From: a virus
Lineage: Duplodnaviria > Caudoviricetes
IMG/VR virus record: IMGVR_UViG_3300013426_000016
Span: 1 to 64,000 of that record
Length of the DNA stretch: 64,000 nucleotides
Strand: one strand, 5' to 3'
Part shown: in pieces, positions 1-9,742 of the stretch
How the letters are laid out: the number at the start of each line of letters is the position of its first letter
How positions within the stretch are numbered: the first letter of the stretch is position 1
Translations under genes and position numbers: made by a program
Notes under the pieces: model-generated
Told to the model about the DNA's origin: nothing
Databases searched by the model: none
The model's input: the letters and a program-made list of their open reading frames with translations, nothing else

Positions 1-1500
1 CGCAGTCGCGCCATCAGACGCACCGCCGCCGACGCTCGCACCGTAGGTGACACCAGAATCATGGTTCTCGTAGCTATGGTCGCAGAAGTAGGTGGAAGCA
101 CTGCCTGTAACGTCTCTTGCAAGGATGTCGCCGTAGTTCCTCTGCGCCTGCGCCATGGACTGTGCGCTGCCGATAATGGCCTTCATATATCCGTTTGCAC
201 CTGTCGATTCCCCTACCTTGACATAGGAATCATTGAGGGCACTTGCATATTGTGCCCGTGTCCTTGACATGTAATAAGCCTGCTTCGTGCCGTCTCCCAC
301 TCCAATAAATCCGTCAGACCATTTCCAGATGTGTCCGAAAGGATTCTCGATACCGCGATAAGACGGCACACTCTCTGAATGCTCGCTGCCGTAAGCCGCC
401 GCCTGCGCTTCAGATAGAGTGAATGTCTTGACCCCCGTCTGATTCCCGAGGGAGTTGGTGAATCCGCACGGGACAATCGGGTTAAAAGAATTGTATTTAT
501 TCCAATTCGAGAAGTTCACGACTCCGCTTCCAAGGCCGCCCTGGTGATACCCCGAGGCATCGAGCGTTCCGTTGAACGCTTTCTGCGAGTTCAGCGTGGC
601 ATACTCAATTGCGAACAGCCAGAAGATGTCCGTGTGTATATTGAAGTCGTAGCATCCCCAGTTTGTGCCCCTGTTGCGCCCGTAGGTACGGAAATTCGTC
701 AAGGATATGGCCGTGGCCGGCAAGCCGAGGAGCGAGCGGTAAGTGCCGTCCCAATCCGCCGTGTTGTTGCCGCCACGGTACTTTGCCGATGCGTTCACCA
801 CGGAAGACAGGATGTTGTTGTCGCGGTCGAGAGTGGCCTCGTAAGCGGACACGAGATAGCGCGGCACGAGGAACGCCCCCTCAAACGGATAGAGGGAAAT
901 CTCCACGTCCATATAGCCTTGGGCCGCATTGAGCGTTGTCCTGCGGTAATGGGCTGGCACTTCCACCATCACCTGCCCGTCTGTTCCGTCAAGGCGCGCC
1001 GCCGAGCCGTCCGCTTTCTTGGTGGAATCGTATGCCCCGAGATAATACTTCACGTTGCCGGCATCGTCAGCCACGCACCTGCGCATGAGGCTCTGCACCG
1101 GCAAGTCCCTGTGGAGCGAATTTTCCCCGATTCTTGAGAGGTCGGGGGAAGCGTCATTGTAATGGTGACGCACGCCGTAGATGTCCGTGTTCTTGTAGTA
1201 GGACACCACCTGCTTGCGCCATGCGCCGTCCCACACGAAAAGCGCGAACTCCCCGTCCATGATGGAGAAGCCCCCGAAGCTCTGGTAGACCCCGGCCTCG
1301 CTCGCCATGAAGATTATCTTCTCATCACCCGGGGTGTACGTGTCACCGGGGGACACAAGTCCCCCGAACTGATAGCCTTTGCCCAACTCCGCCACCATTC
1401 GATTCAGCGTGTTGTTCATCGCCGTTCCCGTGATTTTCTGTTCCGTGTTCTCGTAGACGTTGGAGTTTATGTACTCCACAAGTCCTGAATACTCTGCCAT
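1..1500 (-). CDS. Tail fibre / receptor-binding protein, C-terminus runs off the window; C-terminal part resembles a C-type-lectin (Mtd/FGE-like) fold
   Basis: Absent from the ORF track because it is truncated. ATG at 1500; no in-frame stop seen in the stretches I translated. MAEYSGLVEYINSNVYENTEQKITGTAM...GYQFGG N-terminus typical of Bacteroidales phage fibres; C-terminal YRGIENPFGHIWKW...STYFCD...VGGGASDG motifs. Confidence 0.75.
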   Translation of the reverse strand, partial: MAEYSGLVEYINSNVYENTEQKITGTAMNNTLNRMVAELGKGYQFGGLVSPGDTYTPGDEKIIFMASEAGVYQSFGGFSIMDGEFALFVWDGAWRKQVVSYYKNTDIYGVRHHYNDASPDLSRIGENSLHRDLPVQSLMRRCVADDAGNVKYYLGAYDSTKKADGSAARLDGTDGQVMVEVPAHYRRTTLNAAQGYMDVEISLYPFEGAFLVPRYLVSAYEATLDRDNNILSSVVNASAKYRGGNNTADWDGTYRSLLGLPATAISLTNFRTYGRNRGTNWGCYDFNIHTDIFWLFAIEYATLNSQKAFNGTLDASGYHQGGLGSGVVNFSNWNKYNSFNPIVPCGFTNSLGNQTGVKTFTLSEAQAAAYGSEHSESVPSYRGIENPFGHIWKWSDGFIGVGDGTKQAYYMSRTRAQYASALNDSYVKVGESTGANGYMKAIIGSAQSMAQAQRNYGDILARDVTGSASTYFCDHSYENHDSGVTYGASVGGGASDGATA

Positions 1501-1504
1501 AATC

Positions 1505-1765
1505 CTATGAGTTTTTATTGTTGTTGTCTATGATTACTTCCAGTTCCCCTTTCTTGATTCGCGCATCATATCCCTCGCGTACGGCGTTGGCCACCACCGC
1601 AAGTGTGGCGAATCCGAGGAGTTCCCCCACCGCGGTGAGGATGCTCGGCTCGATGTTGCCTATCGGGGGCACGATGAACCCCAAAACCAGAAGCACGATG
1701 CTCGTGCAAAGGCATACCCAGAACGATACGTTCCCGAGAAGCCGTTCCTTGATTATCTCGCTCAT
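1505..1765 (-). CDS. Putative holin (2 TM)
   Basis: 86 aa, two hydrophobic helices, charged C-terminus, at the end of the tail operon. Confidence 0.5.
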   Translation of the reverse strand: MSEIIKERLLGNVSFWVCLCTSIVLLVLGFIVPPIGNIEPSILTAVGELLGFATLAVVANAVREGYDARIKKGELEVIIDNNNKNS

Positions 1766-2370
1766 TTCTCCGCAGTATTTGTGAGGTTGGTCACATGGTA
1801 GCTGACGCTGCCGTTGATGTTCACGGAGAGTATCGCCTTGAGCAATTCGCCTCCGCCCGTGGTGGTATGCACTATCACCGTTGACAGGTTGACGAGTTCG
1901 TGGCTTATCACGTCCACCGTGTTGAACGTCACGCTCATGTCGCTGAAGTGTATGGTCGGGTTCGTGGCCATGAAAAGCGAGTTCACCGCAAGCGTGGTGA
2001 ATCCTGCCGCCGCCGCCTGCTCCGCCGTCAAGTCGGCCGCCTCCAATGCCGAGATGGTGGTGGTGACCGTTATGGGCATCATGTCATACAGCAGGTTGAA
2101 CACCGTTGTCGCCTCCACCTTGGTCGCGTCCCACGGGCCTGCATCCTTGTCTTCGGTGAAGACGTAGAGTTTGCCCTCGTAGCGTACGATGTCCCCCTGC
2201 GCATAGGCCGTGGCCGCGTGGAAATCCTCGAAGTCATCGACTTCCGATGTCTCCGACATCCCGTCAATTATGCCATAGAGAATGGCCGGCAGGGTACTCC
2301 CTGCATCGACCTGCGTCCCTTGCCCCTCTATGGTCTTATGGACAAGTTCTCTGATTTGTTGTTTCGTCAT
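1762..2370 (-). CDS. Virion-associated protein with small carbohydrate-binding-like module
   Basis: FHAATAYAQGDIVRYEGKLYVF...GPWD resembles CBM5/12-type repeats; ends in TGA overlapping the holin ATG (ATGA). Confidence 0.5.
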   Translation of the reverse strand: MTKQQIRELVHKTIEGQGTQVDAGSTLPAILYGIIDGMSETSEVDDFEDFHAATAYAQGDIVRYEGKLYVFTEDKDAGPWDATKVEATTVFNLLYDMMPITVTTTISALEAADLTAEQAAAAGFTTLAVNSLFMATNPTIHFSDMSVTFNTVDVISHELVNLSTVIVHTTTGGGELLKAILSVNINGSVSYHVTNLTNTAEK

Positions 2371-2371
2371 A

Positions 2372-3313
2372 TCATCTATCCGTTATGTTGGTATAAGCTT
2401 TTCCGATTTTCTTCACCACGGTGTCCGTCTGGAACGTGCAGGACACTTCGGCATAATGGCCCTGCTCAAGCCACTCCACCTCCATCTCGAACTGCTCCAC
2501 GCCGTATGTCCTGCCGACGCCGTCCGTAATCTTCACCACATCTGACATCCGAATCAAGCGCATCACATCACAGAGGTATTCTGGCGCGATGAACTTCATG
2601 CTGAACACCTTTTCGCTTATCTGCTTCGTTGGGAAGAAATATCCGTTCCGTTCCTCGCCCTCCTCCGTGAACGTGTATTCGGGCATTCCGATTTCCGTGT
2701 CAAGGTACAGGACATTCTTGTAGTAGACGTTCCCCTCATGTTCCTCATACGGAATCACTCCGCCCTCGTAGGCTTGGTTCTCCATGCTGTACCATTCCAC
2801 CTTGACGTGGCGCGCGATGTCTTCGCGGCTTTCGGCAAGGAACACATCTGAATACACCTCGTAGTACCGTGTGCTTTCTCCTTGCGTGGCGAATTTCAGA
2901 TGCAGGTAGTACAATCCGCGCGGCAAGTGGAATGACGATTGTGGGGTGGACGTGTCCGCAAGATAGGTGCATACGGATTTCGTGCCCGACCTCGTAATCT
3001 TCAGCCCGTTCAAGACAAGCAGGCCCTCCACGGGGAGTTCCGTGACGGCGAAAGCATTGCTGAACGCGCCCATATCATAAGAGGCGTTGTACGCCACTTC
3101 CTCCTCGTCACAACAAAGGCGGAATAATTGAGCTGATAACAGTTCCCATTCCCGGGAAGCCGTAGTGGGGGGCAAGGGGAAGAAAAAAGGCAGGAGGTAG
3201 TCGTTGGGGACGCGGTTTATGTACTTGTCTCCGTAGGCATACCACTTGCGGAAATCCTGTTCCTCAAGATTTTCGTAGAAAGGTATACAAGAAAGGTTGC
3301 TGTTCGTCTGCAT
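2372..3313 (-). CDS. Tail/baseplate structural protein (hypothetical)
   Basis: 313 aa ORF co-oriented in the tail cluster. Confidence 0.55.
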   Translation of the reverse strand: MQTNSNLSCIPFYENLEEQDFRKWYAYGDKYINRVPNDYLLPFFFPLPPTTASREWELLSAQLFRLCCDEEEVAYNASYDMGAFSNAFAVTELPVEGLLVLNGLKITRSGTKSVCTYLADTSTPQSSFHLPRGLYYLHLKFATQGESTRYYEVYSDVFLAESREDIARHVKVEWYSMENQAYEGGVIPYEEHEGNVYYKNVLYLDTEIGMPEYTFTEEGEERNGYFFPTKQISEKVFSMKFIAPEYLCDVMRLIRMSDVVKITDGVGRTYGVEQFEMEVEWLEQGHYAEVSCTFQTDTVVKKIGKAYTNITDR

Positions 3314-3329
3314 AAATATATCTTCTAAT

Positions 3330-3359
3330 CAGAGTAACCCTTTCTCTGCCACAAATATA
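3330..3359 (-). promoter_or_regulatory. Bacteroidota -7 promoter box (TATATTTG, 3352-3359) followed by hairpin CAGAG-AAAGGGTTA-CTCTG
   Basis: Matches TAnnTTTG consensus; hairpin loop shared with leaders at 13913 and 17687. Confidence 0.55.
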
Positions 3360-3369
3360 ACCATTTTTT

Positions 3370-5550
3370 CTAATCCAAGATTATGTCAGCACTTATCATC
3401 CCATCTTCGGGCGTGTATTCCGCGCTCACCCATTCTCCGCTCCCCAACGCCGTCTTGTACAGCCCCAGCTTGCCCACCTTTGATGCTTCGATAGGGAAAC
3501 GGACGCTCTGCTTCCTTATCCGTTGCGTCCCGTGAACGTTCACCACGCCGCCGGACACGCTACCTGCGGTCGGGCCGTTGATATAGGCGTTGTCTCCGCC
3601 CATGTCGTAAGTCCAATACGCGAGTTCGAGGAAATAGAAAGACAGATAGGCATTCTGGAGCAGGAACTGCGTGGCCGGAATCGAGGGCGTGTCCAGGTTG
3701 TCTATCACCGCCAGTTGGCAATTCCCTTGGGCATCTGTCCCAATCAAGGCGAAACAGTCATCGCTCACGTTGTCGGGCGTGCTTATTATCAAATCTACGT
3801 CAGACATGAAATTGGCCGCCGTGGACTTCTGTGTCTTTCCGTTCTGCGCATGCCTGTTCTTGATGTCAATCGGCCACCCGTCAAAGACATCGCTGCTGTC
3901 GTCATCCCACCCGAACTCATATCTCTTATTGATGTCTTTTTTGTTGTAGGAAAACTCGTTGACACCGTAGTCCCACGTCTTCCGGGACATGGGGCTTCTG
4001 ATGGCGGTGAGGTCTACCAACGGTGTCGTGGATGTATATGCTCCCCCGTTCTTGAACCATGATATGTGCTCTATCCGCAGCCGCTTCTGACCATCGATGA
4101 ACCAATACAGCTGACAGGTGCTCTTGAGCATGTCGAATATCTGCCCCAAGGTTATCTTCCCTTTTCGCGCCGCTTGATTGTAGTAGGTCTTCTTCACGTT
4201 GGTGACTGGCGTGATGTAAAGTATGTTCTCTATCCAGTCGGGAATCGTCTCCACTGAACCGTACAGGAATTCACTATACTCGCTTGTTCCGGCAAAAGTG
4301 ATTGTCGGGTCTATCTTCTTCAGAAGCACGTCTATCGCGCTCCAAAGGGGATAGGCATCCTTAAGCGTCCACTTGTCGGATAATCCCTCCATGTGGAGGC
4401 TGAACATCGGGATGGCCTCATACCAGAAAGACTGCGGTATCCACTTGTCCCAGCCGATTGGAATCATGTTCGCCCCCGTCTCCGGCTCGGGCTGCACATA
4501 GTACTTGCCGTCGCCGTTCACGCCCCATTCTGTCGGGGTATCCTGCACCTTTAGGCTCTGAACCAGATGAGTCTCTATCGGCAGGGTGTCGGGCTTCATC
4601 GCATAATGGTAATTGAGGTTCGTGCCTGCGATGTCGTCACTTCCGATGTCCACGACATCTCCGTAATGCACATTCGGGGTGTCCTTGTCGAAGAGAATCC
4701 GGGCGAAACAGAACTTGCGGTCAACCGTGGCTTCCCCTACGGTAGTTCCGGCGGTTCCGGATGCGGGGTATTGAACAATGTTCAAGTCCCCCAAGTTAGT
4801 AAGGTCATATTGCCCTGCCTCAAGATAATAAGTCGGAACGGTAGTCCCGTCCTTGGCATGTATTTGTTGTTTTATTCCCGTGGCCGTATTCGGGAAGTAC
4901 TGGAACCAATATCCGTATTCATTCGTGAATTTCGTGGACGTGCCCTCATAGTTCGCCTGATAATCCCCGAGCCATGCCGTCAACATCCCCTCAATCTCCA
5001 GATGGAACGTAGCGAACTTGTTCTTTGCCACGAACCCCATGTTCCCGAGCGTGCCCCCGTCATTGACCTCCGAATTCGAATTGACCTCGTAGGACACGTT
5101 CCCTATGATGTTCGTGAGTTTGGAATCCCCTTGGAAATATATCTGGAGTATTGGACGCTTCAGCAGAGTGATGCTCTTTCTGACAGGAGCGAGGGCCACG
5201 AGGTCATATTCGTCATCCTTTCCGTTGATTATCTTGTCGTATTCGTCTGCGCTCGTCACCTTGACCTCACAGATGCCGTTGTCCGTGTCAAAGGTGCAGT
5301 CCGTCTTGTCAAATGTGCCAGTGGCAAGGAGCGTGCCGGAATCCGTCTTGACCTCAACCTTGAACTCCGCGTCAATCGAAGCGGCATATATCGCATCATA
5401 ATCATCCCCGAAGAACGTCAGCGAGAGGTCGAGTTTGGTGCGGTAATACATCTCACCGCTCTCCCTTTCCATGCTGATTTTGAAGTCCTCCGGATAGTTG
5501 GGGTGAGCATTGATGTCCACCCCGTTTATATAAACTATTATCTTACTCAT
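3370..5550 (-). CDS. Minor tail / tail-tip protein
   Basis: 726 aa directly downstream of the tape measure gene; LRIEH motif common in Bacteroidales phage tail proteins. Confidence 0.6.
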   Translation of the reverse strand: MSKIIVYINGVDINAHPNYPEDFKISMERESGEMYYRTKLDLSLTFFGDDYDAIYAASIDAEFKVEVKTDSGTLLATGTFDKTDCTFDTDNGICEVKVTSADEYDKIINGKDDEYDLVALAPVRKSITLLKRPILQIYFQGDSKLTNIIGNVSYEVNSNSEVNDGGTLGNMGFVAKNKFATFHLEIEGMLTAWLGDYQANYEGTSTKFTNEYGYWFQYFPNTATGIKQQIHAKDGTTVPTYYLEAGQYDLTNLGDLNIVQYPASGTAGTTVGEATVDRKFCFARILFDKDTPNVHYGDVVDIGSDDIAGTNLNYHYAMKPDTLPIETHLVQSLKVQDTPTEWGVNGDGKYYVQPEPETGANMIPIGWDKWIPQSFWYEAIPMFSLHMEGLSDKWTLKDAYPLWSAIDVLLKKIDPTITFAGTSEYSEFLYGSVETIPDWIENILYITPVTNVKKTYYNQAARKGKITLGQIFDMLKSTCQLYWFIDGQKRLRIEHISWFKNGGAYTSTTPLVDLTAIRSPMSRKTWDYGVNEFSYNKKDINKRYEFGWDDDSSDVFDGWPIDIKNRHAQNGKTQKSTAANFMSDVDLIISTPDNVSDDCFALIGTDAQGNCQLAVIDNLDTPSIPATQFLLQNAYLSFYFLELAYWTYDMGGDNAYINGPTAGSVSGGVVNVHGTQRIRKQSVRFPIEASKVGKLGLYKTALGSGEWVSAEYTPEDGMISADIILD

Positions 5551-7145
5551 TATGAGGTCTTTATGATACGTTTGTTATTTCCTTTGTATTCAATTCTTCC
5601 ATTCGGCGTGGAGACGACCCTTGTTTCTCCTTGTTCTATCAGTCTCCGTATGCCGCGTTCCACGGCGGTGAGGTCGGTGTCCCTCCCCTCGAAGCCGCTG
5701 AAAGCAAGGCCGTACTTGTCGCTGAAATGGCTCTGTTCAAGGCTTTCAATGACGTTTGACTGACGGTTCAATCCGATGGAACGCAGGATGCTTTCCTGCA
5801 ACAGGGACTGCCGGACGGAATCGTTGCGGATGACGTCCGTGACTTTGCTCACGCCGTACTTCTCCTCAAACGTACCCTTGTTCAATGACCGGATGACGTC
5901 CGTGACTTTGCTCACGCCGTACTTCTCCACGTTCCTCTTGTTGATGACACCGATTATCTCACCCCTCTCCACTCTGCGTGGCCGCCCGTCCTTGTCGCGC
6001 CCGAAGTCTATGTCGTTGCCGCTTGCGTGGCTGCCCCCGTAATTGAGGTATTCCACGCCGCCCTCTCCGTATTTCGTGGCGGTCATCTGCGCCGCCGTTA
6101 CCTTTGCTGCCGCGAAACTGCCCCACATGGTCGCAATGGCGGCCAAAGCCAGCACCTGTCCGATGACGGGGAGAGCGGAATAGGATGCCCACAGATTGGC
6201 CGTGGCCGTAAGCAACGAACTCACCTGTGTCGCGCTGTTTATGGCCTCCTGTATCTTCTCCAGACGTTCTTTCTCGGCTATCGCGTCCTGCTCCAGCTTC
6301 AGTTTCTCCTCGTATTCCCTGCGCGCCAAGTCCACGTTGTTCGCATAGCCGTTGGCCCTGGCCTCCATTTCATAATCAAGGGCTGTCTTTGCCGCTTCGC
6401 TCTCCTTTTCCGCCGCCTCTACAGCCACTTCGGCCATCTCTATGCGCTTGTCCATCCACTCATCCATGTAATCGAAAGCCTGCTTCATGGAGTTTTGGAA
6501 CGCGCTGATAAAGGTCTGCGCCTCGGCTGACAGCTCCTTATACACATTGCCGTAACCGTCTTTCTGGGTTTTTCCGAACAACAGTGTCCAGATGTCGAAC
6601 TTGCTCCTCCTGCCTTTCTGCACCTTGGCTATGTTCTTGTCAAGTGCGGTTTGCAGATTGGCAAGTTCCGTCTCATATTGCGTCTGCGTCAACTCCCCGG
6701 TATCGTAGCGCATCTTCAGTAAGGCCTCTTGCAACTGCTCCTCCAGTTGAAGTTTCTCTATCATCAGCTGCTTGTACGTCTGTCCCTCCGTCTTGGCTTC
6801 CTTATAGGTGCCGTCCTCCAACGCCTTGTTCAGACGGGTACGGGACGCGAGCAAGGCGTTAGCGTTCTCTGCAAGGCTCGGGGCAAACTGTGCGGAGACG
6901 CTGTAATCATCGATGCTTTCCTCCGGCACGGCCTCTTGATAGTATTCCCGTATAATCTCCCCCCGTTTTTGAGCGGATTCACGAGTTAGGTTCTCGATTA
7001 TGCCGTTGATGTACTTCTCATTATCTATCGTCAGCTGCCCCGTGGCCTTGTATTCCTCAAGGACTTTACGCATTTCAGCAATCTTCTGCTCATAGCTGAT
7101 GTTGCTCAACGTCGTCTTCAAGGAGACGCGCCTTGGATTCGACAT
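5550..7145 (-). CDS. Tape measure protein, C-terminal portion
   Basis: Coiled-coil/Ala-rich, TM-like segment, YGEGG...GGSHASG..VERGE C-terminal motif; continues the upstream ORF in a shifted frame. Confidence 0.7.
   Translation of the reverse strand: MSNPRRVSLKTTLSNISYEQKIAEMRKVLEEYKATGQLTIDNEKYINGIIENLTRESAQKRGEIIREYYQEAVPEESIDDYSVSAQFAPSLAENANALLASRTRLNKALEDGTYKEAKTEGQTYKQLMIEKLQLEEQLQEALLKMRYDTGELTQTQYETELANLQTALDKNIAKVQKGRRSKFDIWTLLFGKTQKDGYGNVYKELSAEAQTFISAFQNSMKQAFDYMDEWMDKRIEMAEVAVEAAEKESEAAKTALDYEMEARANGYANNVDLARREYEEKLKLEQDAIAEKERLEKIQEAINSATQVSSLLTATANLWASYSALPVIGQVLALAAIATMWGSFAAAKVTAAQMTATKYGEGGVEYLNYGGSHASGNDIDFGRDKDGRPRRVERGEIIGVINKRNVEKYGVSKVTDVIRSLNKGTFEEKYGVSKVTDVIRNDSVRQSLLQESILRSIGLNRQSNVIESLEQSHFSDKYGLAFSGFEGRDTDLTAVERGIRRLIEQGETRVVSTPNGRIEYKGNNKRIIKTS
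5827..5928. repeat. 39-bp perfect direct repeat (63-bp period) encoding EKYGVSKVTDVIR twice
   Basis: cggatgacgtccgtgactttgctcacgccgtacttctcc at 5827-5865 and 5890-5928. Confidence 0.9.
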
Positions 7146-8736
7146 ATTCCCAATAGTAGTCCTTGAGCTTGTCGAGCTTCTCTTTCTCTTTCCCGGTGTT
7201 TATGATTTCATAATCCAGCCCCTCCGCCGGAAGATAATTGCGTATCTCCTGTATCTTCTTGTTGGTGTCATCCAGAGCGGCGTCAGCCTCCGCGATTTGC
7301 TTCCGATAGGCGGCCATCTGCTCCTCCACGGCCTTGATGTTGGTCAAGTAGAAAGCGTTGGCCGCATCTGTTTTCCCCTCATGCAGCAACTCGTTGTAAA
7401 TCTTCAGTTGGGCGTTCCGCTTCTGCCCCGACTTGGTGAGTTCCTCATCCGCTTTCTGCCGCTCATGGTTCAAGTCGGCCATGGCCTGCTCCAGCTTCTC
7501 TATCTTGCTTATGTTCTCCTCGGCCTCGGAACGGGCCGCTAAGGTGTCTATGAGCTTCTGCACCGCCGCGTCAGCCTCCCCCGTCGCTATCTGTTCCGCC
7601 GTGATGTTCTTCAATTCCTCCGCATGCAGTTTCTTGAGCGCATTGGCCGCCTTGATGCGGTCTGCGAGTGTGCGGTTCTCCTCATCGCGCGCCACATTGT
7701 AAAGGGTGCGTGTCCGGGACAGGCTCTTCTCTATCGCCTTGTACGTCTCGAAATACTCCTCGGAAAGCTCCTTCTGGAGCTTTATGGCCTGTTTGGTGAC
7801 CTCGTTGTCCTCCTCTTGCGCCTTGCGCTTGTTGTGGATAGCCCGCGCCAACCCCGGCAATACTGTGAGCACGCCAATCAACGCCGTCTGCCAAGAGAAT
7901 ACGGATTTCAGCGTCCCAAACAATGCTGTCTTGAATGAGCCGGTCTCCTCCCTCACCCTCTTGAACGCATCGGTAAATATGGGGACATTGTTCGATATGG
8001 CTATGAAGAACTGCGATGCCGAATTGGCGAGCGATGGCAGTTCCCTTATGATTTGCTGCGTGGAGAGGCTCAGACCGTTGAATGCCTTGGTATAGTCACC
8101 GACTGAAAGGGTATGCTTTCCCGTAGCCTCCTGCATCTGTTTCATCGTGGCCATGAGGGATGCCGCCTGCGCCTCCCACTTGCCGCCTATGGCGGTGTTG
8201 TTGCGCATCTCCGCACCCATGGCGTTCAGCACGTTCTTGATGAGGTTGTATTGGGCGTAAAGTTTGTTGTACGACCCCTCAAGGGCGGAATTGGCCGTCA
8301 CCCCGTTCTTGTCGGCTATCGTCAACTGCCGTTGGGATGTCAACAAGGAGTTCACGTCCACCCCCGTCTCCCGTATCAGTTCGTCAAGGGACTGGTAGGC
8401 CTGCGACAAGCTTATGGATGACTGCGCGCCCGAAGCCTGTGTCTTTCTCAGCGAGGCCAATTGGGATTCCAACGTCGTCACGCTCTTTTGCAGCCGTTTG
8501 TTGGCCTCCGTCAACTGCTGTATCTGCGCCGCATACTGTGCCGTGGCATCTCGGTCGGGCTTCGATGAGCTTGATGTACCCGACAGCGCGTTCCCTACTG
8601 CGGCCGCCTCGGCTTTCACTTCCTGCAACATCGACAGCAGGCTTTTCTTCACCTGCTCGACCTGCGTTGTCAGACCGCTGAGACCGCTGCTTAAGTCGTC
8701 AGCGAATAAGTCTCTATAACTGATTGGATTGTCCAT
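7090..8736 (-). CDS. Tape measure protein, N-terminal portion
   Basis: Long helical protein with SVGDY..FNGL..STQQIIRELPSLA..FFIAISNN motif typical of Bacteroidota TMPs. Confidence 0.75.
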   Translation of the reverse strand: MDNPISYRDLFADDLSSGLSGLTTQVEQVKKSLLSMLQEVKAEAAAVGNALSGTSSSSKPDRDATAQYAAQIQQLTEANKRLQKSVTTLESQLASLRKTQASGAQSSISLSQAYQSLDELIRETGVDVNSLLTSQRQLTIADKNGVTANSALEGSYNKLYAQYNLIKNVLNAMGAEMRNNTAIGGKWEAQAASLMATMKQMQEATGKHTLSVGDYTKAFNGLSLSTQQIIRELPSLANSASQFFIAISNNVPIFTDAFKRVREETGSFKTALFGTLKSVFSWQTALIGVLTVLPGLARAIHNKRKAQEEDNEVTKQAIKLQKELSEEYFETYKAIEKSLSRTRTLYNVARDEENRTLADRIKAANALKKLHAEELKNITAEQIATGEADAAVQKLIDTLAARSEAEENISKIEKLEQAMADLNHERQKADEELTKSGQKRNAQLKIYNELLHEGKTDAANAFYLTNIKAVEEQMAAYRKQIAEADAALDDTNKKIQEIRNYLPAEGLDYEIINTGKEKEKLDKLKDYYWEYVESKARLLEDDVEQHQL

Positions 8737-9500
8737 TATTTAGCCCTCCGTCTTCTTAATTTTGTCGTTTCGTTGTACTGCCGCGTCAACCGCTCGAAAG
8801 CGGTGTAAAATTCTGTCGTGGTGTATTGCTTTATGCCTCCGCCGAACTCCTTGGCCATGAGCAGGCACATGTCCTCGAACTGCTTGTCGAACCGTATCTC
8901 CTCGCTCTCCGGGCCTGCGAACCCTTTCGGGTTCTGCATCGCGTACATCTTGGCCGTCACGTCTTTTATCTGTTCCTCGTTGTCATCGCCGTTGACAATC
9001 GCCCCTATCTGCAAGACCGCCCTCTTCCGGAGCAAATCCACATAGTTCTTCTGTGATGCATCCTCGAAGATTGACGGGAAATATTGCATCAGATTGGAAT
9101 CTATCCTGTCGCCCACCTCCTTTGCGATTGTGTCCAAGTCCTTTTTGGTGGCATCGTTTATCATCTGATAAAGTTCCTCAAGCCCGCTGTCGGAGTAGTC
9201 CGTCCACCGCTTCCCGTCCACGTTCTTCACGAGGCACAATGTGGCCTTGTTCCTCACATCCTGTTCCGTGGCCACGAGGTAGATGCACTGCCGCAGGTTG
9301 ATGAGTTCTTGGTAGGCTTTCTTCGGGTCGTTCAGAAAGTTGATGACACGGGTTATATGCCTGTCTATATCGGCAATGGAATCCCCCACACCACCGGCCA
9401 CAAGCAGGTGCTTGGAATAGCGGTGGAACTGCGTTATCGGCAAGTCCTCTATGGAATCATAGAAGACCAGTGTGTGCCCGTTGACCGTCTTGCTCACCAT
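8736..9500 (-). CDS. Putative tail assembly chaperone
   Basis: Immediately upstream of TMP; likely start MVSKTVNGH at 9500 rather than 9599. Confidence 0.45.
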   Translation of the reverse strand: MVSKTVNGHTLVFYDSIEDLPITQFHRYSKHLLVAGGVGDSIADIDRHITRVINFLNDPKKAYQELINLRQCIYLVATEQDVRNKATLCLVKNVDGKRWTDYSDSGLEELYQMINDATKKDLDTIAKEVGDRIDSNLMQYFPSIFEDASQKNYVDLLRKRAVLQIGAIVNGDDNEEQIKDVTAKMYAMQNPKGFAGPESEEIRFDKQFEDMCLLMAKEFGGGIKQYTTTEFYTAFERLTRQYNETTKLRRRRAK

Positions 9501-9742
9501 CTCACAACCGAACTGAAAAATGGCACAAATATCAGCCACCAATGAACACAAAACGCAAGCACCACGCAGATGGCCATGCCGAGCCAGAATGACTGGCAAA
9601 AGTCGCAGGTGAAGAGCTTGTGGAAGAACTCATTGGGTGCGCTCACTTGGAGTTTCTCAAGGATTCCCCACTTCACCGCAAGCGTGCGCAGGAACATCAC
9701 CGCGCACGCGACCGCGAATATGTAACAGACGAACTCTATCAT
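9494..9742 (-). CDS. Small membrane protein (CxxC-SFW, DUF1360-like)
   Basis: Two hydrophobic segments flanking CDFCQSFW. Confidence 0.5.
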   Translation of the reverse strand: MIEFVCYIFAVACAVMFLRTLAVKWGILEKLQVSAPNEFFHKLFTCDFCQSFWLGMAICVVLAFCVHWWLIFVPFFSSVVRW

